Source of the DNA: Folioceros fuciformis
Taxonomy: Eukaryota
Length of the DNA stretch: 40,390 bases
Direction: 5' to 3'
Assembly (NCBI GenBank): GCA_049999805.1
Contig: JBNGIO010005880.1
Coordinates: forward strand, 1-40,390
Shown: positions 1 through 10,388 of the stretch, piece by piece
Numbering within the stretch: the first letter of the stretch is position 1
Layout of the letters: the number at the start of each line of letters is the position of its first letter
Made by a program: the position numbers and the translations under genes
Notes under the pieces: model-generated
What the model saw: only the letters and a program-made list of their open reading frames with translations
What the model was told of the DNA's origin: nothing
Database searches by the model: none

Positions 1-3000
1 ATTACCAAAAATTGTGAGATAAGAGACAATAGGAACATGTAAAGCAATTAGGTTTTCGTCATTCTGAGAAATGAAAGAAAAAAATATCACTGTGTGAATC
101 AAAGCATATACCTTCTCATAAGCTTCAATTTGAGCCGACTTTTCAAGAAGTTGCACATTCTTTTCTTTCAAAGCATCTTCAAGTGTTTGGATTTCTAAAG
201 CATGATGTACCTCGGCAGCTGCGTCCTCCATATGCTTTGTATTCATTTTTTTCTATATCATCATACAAATTAATTAGTAAATTAGGATAAATTAAAAAAG
301 AAGCACAAATTCTTGATTAGATGTTTTCTCAAATACAAATAAATTTACTTGTAATTGATGAAGTTCAATCTTCACATCCTCCACACGTTGTTGACATTCC
401 TCCACTTCACCTCTCAAAGAGCTCTCTAATACTGCACCATCTTCTAATGCACGTTGCAAATCCTCCTCATTTTTAAGCTTTTCCTTTATGGTTGTTTTGA
501 GTTGTGCTATTTCAGCAGACATAACATGGAGACGATCAATAAGTTGTAGGTTCTCCATATCTATGGAAGAGGCAAGTTGTTTTTGTTCATCAACTTGAAC
601 CTACATGTGCGACAACATCCTAATTAATACCAACATCTCTTCAAGTTTTCTCTTTCCAAGGATCTCATATGATTTGATAGATAGAAAATCAATAACCTGA
701 GCCTCCTTAAGATCGTTTTGAATCTTAGTATTAGTTTGTAACAACTCGTCAAAGGTGCCGTGCATCCAACAATGGATAGCCGTGCTTAGTAGTGTTCTCT
801 GTCTTCGAGATGCAAGCATTTGCTGGAGTTGAAATGCTCGTCTTTTCCACGTCATAACCTCCCACCAAAACACCAACAGCCCTCGTGCAAACTACGATTA
901 TGTTTGTATTAGTGTTCCAACCATTTGCTTGCATTTTAAGCATAGGAGATAACACGAAATGCAGTCATGATATTTGATTGAGTCGAACATACTTTTTGTT
1001 GTCGCCTTAGTGAGTGAACTACTGCTTTGCTAACTTTCTTCTTCCTGCAACATGTTTCTTTGCATAAGTGAGATACTTAAATATCAAGTTTGTTATGACA
1101 TATGTGACTTTTTCTCTTTTGGTGTTTACTTTATTGCATAGTGGAGATGATGATCTCGCCAAAACACCATGGCAGCTCTCAAAAGAGCTTGATTCACTTC
1201 TGCTGCTGCCCGAGCTTCTGCTTTCTGTAATGCTGCGTTCTTACTCCATGTCAAGAGGCCCTAGTTTGATGGATTCAATTGTTAAAAAAATTAGATTAGT
1301 TGTTGAAGAGTTTAATTTTGTTGTTAATATTGTTTTATAAAAGGTTAAAATTAGAGGTTTAAGATTAAGTATGTGCAGGAGTGGGATGAGCACCTTGGTT
1401 CGCAATGTATGAAGATAGTGCCTGAATGCTAGAGCTTTGGAAAGTCGCACTTGACGTTTTCTTTTCACAAAAGCTCGCCAAGTTTTCATAACCACACGCC
1501 ATTGATGAGATTTTCGAAATTGCCAACTTTGTTCATCCTGTTGTCTTTCATACTTGATAACATTCAAAGCTTGTTGCCATCTACACCCAGAGCATGAAGA
1601 GTTGTCATTTGCTTACCCACAAAATCATAACAAAGAATGCCAAATTAGCTACCTATGAAATCCTCTCTTGATGCACCAATTGGTGGCTTGCACGCAAGCT
1701 CGTTTTAGCTTCAACTTCTCAACTCTAGCCAGCCGAATAGCGTATCTCCATGCTGAGATGACTTGCTTGTATGTGAGCTTCAAGATATGCAATTTGAGTG
1801 CCTGTATCTTTTGTTCATTGTAGATCTTCTCGAGCTTGACAAAGTCCCTCCAAGTGTTAAATAAATTGTTTAAGACGAATAAACGCCGATGATTTACTGC
1901 AAGAGATATTTTCTTGCGCAATATTTGGTCTCTCTTCACAAACTCAATCCATGTCTTAAAGGCTCGCTGCAGCATGCGCAGCTCCGCCCTCTCGACGGCG
2001 ATCTTGAACTTCTTTTGCACAATTGTTGCTATGTGCCACACATGAATAACTTCGAGCAACAGTGCCTTTCATGCAAGCAATTCCTCGTCAAGTCTCATGG
2101 CGTTCTTCAATCAGAGATCAACAGCACAGAAACGGGGATGCAGAACTTGCCTCATGAAACACACATGAACTAGGGCAACAAGAAGGAAAAGGTGGTGTAC
2201 ATCATTCCGTCGCCTGCAGGCCCTGCGAATGAAGCGCATTCGGATGGTTGCAAGTTTGAGTGCATGGAGTCCACGTTTCATGCAATTTGCGTCGTAGAAT
2301 CTGTCAGCATACGGTTCATTCTCCCTCTCAATTCGAATGTCCTCCACTCCTTCCTTCAATCGTGAGCACATTCTTCGGAGAAGACATTTTTCACCCATCT
2401 TCTCGATAAGTTGTTCTCGTTCGTCCTGTCAAATGGAAGCATGGCAAGTCAATGGCACTCCCATCCCATCCCAACCCATCACTCACCCTCAAAGCTTCTG
2501 TTTGTGGGTCCTAGGGCATCATAAGCATGGAAAGTCAAGCGTACTCCAGGCTCAACGGAATGCAGGGATTTTTATGCTAGTGTGGATTCGTGAGTCAGTC
2601 TTAGACCTTGCCCAAAATATTCCTCAGCTCACAATTGTACTCTTCTGCCTTAGATTTCAGATATTCAGACTCGGATGAGAAATTTTGTAACTCCTCTTCC
2701 AATTTCCTCCTCATCTCTGCTGACCTTTCCAACTCTGCCTGTGAGTATAGACAATCCGTATAAGAAACTCCATTCAAGCGCAGGCAGAGTTTAAGTTAGG
2801 ATGCAAATCGAGACATATTTGGTAAGTGCTTCTTCTGATAAATTGAGAACCAAGGCAAGAGTAGCCTTGCAGGAACAAAGCAAGAGCACGAAGTCACTTT
2901 GAGAGATGCTGTTTGATCTTGTGACTCCATATGCTCCCTAAGGTCTTCAGACATGTGGGAAATGTGCAGCTGCAGCTGAGACCTTTCAGCCTCAAACTCA

Positions 3001-3732
3001 GCGGTGCGTTTCTGCAGGATCTGCTCGATTTCTTTCTTCTCTTTCTCCAGTGACGTAGCCCTGAACAGCCAAACGAAGTGACTCAAACACACGGTGTGGA
3101 CGGACATCCCAAACATACAAACTATTGCAGACGAAGAAAATCCTGCACACGTTTACCTCAAGCTCACCTTTGTGCTAGCCGGCGCTGCAGCTCAAGGGTT
3201 TGCTCCATATCTTCATGTAATGTGTTCAACTCAGCCTCTGCCCTCTCAACATTCTCATGATTCTGCTTCATGTAAAGCTCCAATCTGCCTTCATGCATCA
3301 CAATGCTTGGTGCCTTAATCTCTCATAGCTTGTGTGTGAACTACTGCAACATTCATTCATTCCCAGAATACAGTTCTTCAGAGGAGGCACATGGCAGGCA
3401 CCCTGACAGCACAGCACAAAGCAACCTCCACCATGTCAGGCATTTCTCCCCCACCTTTCACGAAGCTGTTGATTGATGCTCTGTAAGCGCTGTTCCCCAT
3501 CGATGTGAGCCTCCAGATCAATCTGCAGTGCTGCAACCTGTCGCCGCAAAGTAGCTGCATCTGATGCTGGAGGCACCATCAACCCTTCCGCCCTCAGCCT
3601 GGGGCCAATTCTGGAAGAGGGGTGGGGAGTCCCGTTCCCCAAGTGGGGCCCCACTTTGCCTCCGTTCACTGGGTTCGACGCATCAAAATGCTGTCTTGGA
3701 GGGCTGGAATCATCTCCACAACAACCTGCCAT
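1..3732 (-). CDS. Multi-exon coiled-coil protein with Trp-periodic SFI1-like (centrin-binding) repeats; 3' end lies beyond the window
   Basis: Chain of minus-strand ORF segments (3436-3750, 2796-3116, 2111-2398, 1649-2059, 1241-1567, 601-876, 292-558). Likely ATG at 3732, first donor AG|GT at 3455/3454. N- and C-terminal parts are heptad/Glu-rich (LRRQVAALQIDLEAH, LEKEKKEIEQIL, AEIAQLKTTIKEKL). The middle has basic helices with recurring W (RAFKTWIEFVKR, LFNTWRDFVKL, VISAWRYAIR, VMKTWRAFVKRKR). Internal exon boundaries were only partly traced. Confidence 0.6.
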
Positions 3733-4674
3733 AGGCTTCGCCACGCCCACAACCTTCTGTGCAGGGTTGGAAAGTGCAGGGTTGGAAAGTGCACAACTTC
3801 TCCCGCACCGAACATTCGCTGGCCCAGTATGCCTCCCAAGTCCAGCTCCACAGCCTCCTCCCTACATCATCAGACGACAAGCATCCCCTACCGACCCGTG
3901 AAAAAAAAAGAAAAAAAAAAACCCACGCAAAACAACCGCAACACAGCCTTCGTGCCCCACCTGAGCCCTTGGGTGAATAAACGGCTCTGCAGAACTGGGC
4001 CGAGCCGGCAGCACGCGAGAAGCGTCCATGTCCATTTTCTCTGTTCTAAGATAAGATGCAGCTGTGACAGCAAAATGCAGCGTTAGTTAAGTAACCAACC
4101 ACCCACATAGCTTCTATCTTGACATTCAGCTCCTTGCAGCTCATGCGAGCTTCCCAGACATACCAGATCATACCACACACAGATGCAGCCTTGATGTCGG
4201 GTTGCAACTAAATGCATAATCCGAACACCAAAACAGCCCCACGCTCTTGAGCTACGGCAGCAGCAAGCCAAGAAAGCCCATTCCTTCAGTCCAGGTCATG
4301 GCATGCTTAAGCCCAGTCTGAGCCTAAGCTTGCCATCTCAGGGTCCCGCATATCATTTCGAATTCTTGATTGTCTTCATTTCTTGCACTCGCCACCCACC
4401 GATATTTCCGGTCCCCGAGAAGAGCGAAAGCTTGTGTGCAAGAAATCCAAAATGAGGCCACCTAATTCGCTTTGAAAAAAAGGCCAGCAACTGCAACCTG
4501 CAACTGCAACTGCTGTTGATACCGTGAAATGGGACGAGGCCGCCTGAACTACTCTGTTGTCAGAGCCAGCACCTGGTCTCCAGGCTTCGCGAAAGTCAGG
4601 GTCATGGGCTCTCCTAAAATGCAGGGCTCCAACGGGCTCATACAAAACTCAGGCGTGGAGACGCTGGGGAAGTG

Positions 4675-7600
4675 ATGGAGCGAACAATGAAGAAGGGGGC
4701 GGGGGGCTCGGGTTGTAGTGTGCTTCTTAACCCAGTCCTGCCTGCCCGCTGTGTGAATCCTGGGTACAAGAGACTCAAGGTGCCACCCTGGGGGAGAAAG
4801 CCTGGTGGGTTAGAATCCTCACTGTGCAGTCTGGGTCAGCGTGTGGGTCACAGAGACCCTGGTGCAGGAGCAGGGAGTGAAAGGTAACTGGGCTTCTCTT
4901 CTGGACCGGGTCGACTTGCGGAGAAAAGCTACGTGAAAGTGGATGTCTTGATGCTCGTAGATTCTTGGACTTGGCAGGCTACGGACTATCGGCAGGGACG
5001 TTTGTGGGGTGGAGAGGTCACACAAAGAGGCAAGTCCGCTGGCTTCCCTGGACATCATGGACCAGCAGGGAAGGGTGCCTTCAGTGCAGGTTTACAAGGA
5101 CCTGCTGCAGGCTTGCATGAAAAACAAGGACCTGGTTCAGGCTAAGCAAGTACATGCCCATTTGGAACGGCATGGGTTGGAATCTCACAGGTACTTGGGG
5201 GACCTTGTTGTGACCACGCTGGTGAATTGTGGGAGGCTTGAGGATGGGCTTCCTTTGTTTCACAAGTTGTCTCACCGGACAGTTTATTCTTGGACAGCTA
5301 TCATATCAGGGTACAGTAATGCTGGGCAAAGTCGGGAGGCACTTCTGTGCTACGAGCAGATGCTGCGAGAAGGTGTGCAACCGAACAACCATACTCTTGC
5401 CAGCTTACTCAAAGTATGCAGCAGGTTGGGAGATCTGGAACAGGGCAAGCGTATTCATGCTGATGTTCTCAGACTTGGGTTGGAGTCCGACATGTTCGTC
5501 ACTAACACTCTGCTAAGTATGTACGCAAAATGTGGGAGCATCATTGATGCTCGACAGGTGTTTGATCGTTTGTCGGGCCGCAATGTGGTATCCTGGAATG
5601 CCATGCTCGCAGCATATGCTCAACAGGACCAAGGGGAGAAGGCATTGGAGCTTTATGCTGAAATGCGAGCTCAAGGCGTAGAGCCCACTGCTCGGACCTT
5701 TGTGAGCGTCGTACAAGCTTGTGGCAACATTGCTGACAAGGAAGAAAGTAGACTTGATTGTGGAAGGGCGCTAAAAGTGGACTCACTAGAACGGGGTAAG
5801 AAAATACACATGGAAGCCGTTCTATGGGGATGCGAACCAGATCCATTTCTTGGCAATAGTCTGGTCACTATGTATGCAAAGTGTGGGAGCATAAGTGATG
5901 CTCAAGAGGCGTTCAACAAATTGTCTCAGCCCAATGAAGTTTCGTGGAATGCGCTTCTTGATGCATATCTTCAGCAGAAGGAAGGAGAGAAGGTATTGCA
6001 AATGTATGCGCATATGCAAGATGCAGGCATCAGGCCTGAGGCTCGAACCTTCGTCATTGTACTCCAAGCATGCAGCACCCTAGCAGAAAAGGAGAAGGGT
6101 GCCATGAAGGGTGGAAATAATGTCAAGGTGGAGACACTGAGAGTTGTCAGGGAAATCCATTCCAAAGCTGCTAGATGTGGTTATGAAACGGATCAGTTTG
6201 TTGCTAACGCAATGCTCACTGCATATGCCAAGTGTGGTAGTACTGTCCTCGCTAGGCGTGTGTTTGACAGATTGCCCCACCACGATGTGGTGTCCTGGAC
6301 TGCAATGATTGCAGCTTATGTTGAGCAGGGGCAGGGAGAGAAAGGTTTGCAGATATATTCCAAGATGCAACAGCAAGGCATCAGACCAGATGCTCGGGTA
6401 TTTGTTAGTGCTCTTCAAGCCTGTGGCGCCTTTGCGGAACAGGAGGAAAGCGCTCCTGTGGATGGGAAAAACTTGAAAGTGGAGGCACTGTGCAAAGGGC
6501 AGGAGGTACACGCTGAAGCTGTTGCCAGGGGTTGTGAATCGGATATGTTTGTCGCTAGTGCTTTGATTAGCATGTATGCCAAGTGTGGCAGCATCATCAA
6601 CTCAGAATGGGTTTTCCGCAGATTATTGCGTGTCAATTCAGTGCTATGGAATACGATGCTCGCAGCATATTCTCAGAATGATGAATGTAAGATGGCCTTG
6701 TGGGCTTATTCACAAATGCAGGAGGAAGGCATCAATCTGGAGGCCCGGACCTTTGTTAGTGCGCTTCAAGCATGTAGTACCCTTGCAGAGAAGGAGGAGA
6801 GTCTACTGGTCAATGGGCAGAGAGTGAAGGTAGAGTCGCTGAGAACTGGGAAGGCTGTTCATGGTGATGCCACAGTTGCAGGTTTTAAATCGGACATGTT
6901 TGTCGGTAGCACCTTGGTCAGGATGTATGCAAAATGTGGGAGCCTCTATGATGCACGTCATGTATTTGACAGATTGCTGCACCGAGATGTGGTTTCCTGG
7001 AATGCGATGATTGCAGCATATGCTCAGCAGGATGAAGGAGAAGAAGCGTTGCATCTTTATGGCGAGATGATGGAGGATGGGGTCACTCCTGAGGCTCGCA
7101 CTCTCGTCTGTGCGCTTCAGGCCTGTAACACCCTTGCAGATAACGAAGACGGGTCATTTGATAGGGGAAAACGGGTGAAAGCGAATTCACTGCTGAAAGG
7201 AATGGAGATTCATGCAGAGGCTGTTCGCCAGGGATTGGAGACAGACTTTTTTGTAGGCAGCACATTAGTGAGCATGTACGCAAAGTGTGGCAGCATTGAG
7301 GAAGCATGGCATGTGTTCGAAGGATTGCCCGACCGGCATGTGGTGTCCTGGAATGCAATGATTGCAGCATACGCTGGGGACGACCAAGCTGAGAAGGCTT
7401 TGCAGGTCTACAGTCAAATGCAAGAGGAAGGTGTGACACCGGACGAGGCAACATTCATCTCTGTACTCGCAGCGTGTGGCAGCGTTGGAGCGCTGCATAC
7501 TTGTGTCCACGCCCATCAGAGCATTGTGCAGAGGGGCCTACAAACTCAGCATGTCATCGCAAACAGCCTCATCCATGCCTACGGCAAATGCGGGAGCATG

Positions 7601-8455
7601 ATGGACGCCCGGTGCGTGTTTGACTCACTCTCTGACCCTGATGTGGTGTCATGGACTTCACTCATAGCAGGACATTCCCGACAAGGAGACCATGAGACAA
7701 GCACTCTGCTCTTACGCACCATGAAGGACGCTGGTGTGAGGCCAAACCAAGTCACGTTTCTGGCTCTCCTTTCTGCCTGTGGGCATGCCGGGATGGTGGA
7801 ACGAGGGCTGCAATACTTCGAAAGCATGACCAAGGACCATGGCATTCCGGCTGACTTGGAGCACTACGTGTGCATGATAGACCTTCTTGGCCGTGCAGGA
7901 CGTCTGAGAGAAGCCGAAGATTTGCTATCCAGAATGCCGATGCCCCCTACGTTGCCCGTGTGGTTGTCCTTGTTGGGTGCCTGTCGAAAGCACAGCCTGG
8001 TAGGGCTAGCAAGACGAGCTTTCGATCAGGCAGTCCTTCTAGAGCCTGGGAAAGCAGCAGCATATGGGCTGATGTCCAACATCTACGCGGACGCAGGCAT
8101 GTGGGAGCATGTGAAGGAAATAGATGCGCTGAGGCAGGAAGCAGGTGCATGGAAGAAACCAGGGCAGAGTTGGGTCGAGCATGAACAAAAGGTCCACACT
8201 TTTCTTGTGGAAGATCGCAGACATGCACAACAAGCTCAGCTGTACGCATTGCTAAGCCGGCTGAGATCAGAGATGGAGGGAGCTGGCTCGGCTGTCTCAC
8301 TTCACTGTACCAGTCATCCAAGGATAGTCCCCGCTTCACTCTCAGCCCAAGTTCGAGACCCAGGACATCAACCTCGTCTGGCTCCCTTGTCGGCCCAAGT
8401 TGGTGCTCCGTCATGGTTTTCTTCTCCTCGGGTGTGGATAGGAATATGGCCGTAA
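4675..8455 (+). CDS. PLS-class PPR protein, E1-E2-E+ (PG box KKPGQSWVE; DYW truncated, no catalytic HxE/CxxC)
   Basis: ORF 5009-8455 has P-L-S triplets, P2-L2-S2 (TFLALLSACGHAG...HYVCMIDLLGRAG), E1/E2 and a PG box, then an unrelated tail. Putative transit-peptide exon 4675-4883 joins in frame through a GT(4884)..AG(4977) intron; this 5' exon is inferred. Confidence 0.92.
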
Positions 8456-8620
8456 TTTAAATTTATCTATGTACAATACTCTACTACATCTGGAATCTTA
8501 TCGAGATAAAAAAAAAAAGAAAAGAACGCTTGCATTGAGCTTACATGTCACTACTTCGAAGTCTTGTCTTTTCTTCTTTATTTTCATTTTTTATCTATTT
8601 AACATCTGTTTTTTCTTAAA

Positions 8621-9490
8621 ATGAAGAAGCTTCTGTTTATTGTTTTGTTTCTTACTGGGATTCAAGCAATTCTTGGGAGCAAATACCTTTGAGGTATACC
8701 ATCTAGGATGCAAACCACAAAAGATATTAGATTTTTAACATAATTTTTTTATTTCAAAATTATTAGGTACTTATGACTATGTAATTAATTTATTTCTCGT
8801 CTACTTATTTACTGCTTATTTTCAACAGGTCATAGAGATGCCAGTTTGGGTTTATCATCAACCCATTACTATGAGGAAAATGAGGGGAACTTTGAAGAAG
8901 TCGATCTTTCTCATCTATCTGTTACCATGATGTACGATTATCTTGATGAAGAGGAATTAGACATTTATTCTCCGGTACGATCCACACCACATGAACTTCA
9001 GGGAAACATTGAAAATGCTCGATCTCCAAAGGATTGCTCTAATGGAAGTTCAAGACTTATGGAGCAAGATAGTGGCCTATCTTGGGTACATTACGATTAC
9101 AATAATGAGGAGTTGGGAATCAAGGAGGACAATAGTGATAGTGATTATGTACATGCAACTGCTCTTAGGGTGTATGACTATTGTGATGGAGACAAATTCG
9201 AAATGGATTCTCCAATACCATTGGTATCATGTATTGGTGAGGCAAACAATCAAAGACCAACGCATAATCCTCCATCTTCAATGGATAATGAGGATAAAAA
9301 CTTTGGGATCATTGAGCAAGATGCTTATTCACCTTGGGAACATTACAATTACGAGCACTTGGCAATGAATAAGGGCGATGATGAGATTAAGGGTCTGCCT
9401 CCTTTTGCTTTCTATGATTATCATGATGGAGAGGTGTTCTAGATTGATTCTCCAATATCATTGGTACCATATTCATACGACAAGTAATCA
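8621..9490 (+). pseudogene. Probably disrupted gene for a secreted acidic protein with ~80-aa YDY-containing repeats
   Basis: Signal-peptide-like MKKLLFIVLFLTGIQAILG from ATG 8621. Donor GT at 8694 and acceptor AG at 8827-8828 are phase-compatible with ORF 8846-9442, but there is an in-frame TGA at 8690-8692. A TAG at 9440 interrupts the third repeat. Confidence 0.45.
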
Positions 9491-10388
9491 AAGAGTTGCT
9501 CACTCTATTTGTTGTAGGTTATGTTGATGAAAGTTTTGGACTTATCATCAACAAAGAAATAATGATCCACCTTTGCATTTCAAGAATGTGAGATCGGTTC
9601 TTCATTTGTATTGGTATTCGATAACCATGGAGTTTAGGTATCGTAAGGTTCACTAATCTTATGGATTCTGTTTGTGGAGGGCACTGATATATTGGTTAGG
9701 TTATGAAGGAACCTTTCATTGTCCCTTGTGTGTTCAATAAGGGGATGCTTTGTAAAGGAATGAAGCACTTTCTCGGTAATGGTAAAGAGTTAGAGTGTAG
9801 TAATGTCTTGCTGATTATACTATTTGTGTTGTTTGAGCTTGCAAGAGTCCAACAATTAGTCTACTCTACTACAATTCTTCTTATTCTTAAGCAAGAAATT
9901 GGGTTCTGGTTGGAAAAGCCTATCCGCTTTCCGATCAATTGCTGGGATGAATTCATTTTGTTTAGCCCTCTACTCTGTCATGCTTTTTAATTTCAGTATT
10001 GATTGAATCACAATCATTTATTTTTATTTAACTCCGCGCTAGTCTCTATGGAGCCCCCCGATGTGCATGGAGATGTCCTTGGAGCCACCTTGGCAAGGGC
10101 TGCTCGATGATTGCTATGGTGCTGACATCTCCAGTCTGCAAACATGTGCTACCTTTCGGTCACAACATCGTGAATTGTGTGAAATGTGACCGATCTGACG
10201 TCGGAGTGTCCCATTCCTTACAGTACTTCAATAGGAGAGTTCCATAGTTCTTTGCTCTGGTGTCTTAGCCATCTTTTTCGAACGAAATGGTGAAGTTGTG
10301 ACTGCTGATCGTGGAATGGTGGTGGACATGGGCCTAGACATCCTGCCGCCCCTGGGTGAATAGTTAGTGGTGCCTTGCGGAACTGAGT

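Noticed and set aside
8690-8692. In-frame TGA as selenocysteine or as a U-to-C-repaired stop
   Set aside because: Land plants lack the Sec machinery and PPR U-to-C editing is organellar; a nonsense mutation or sequence error is simpler.
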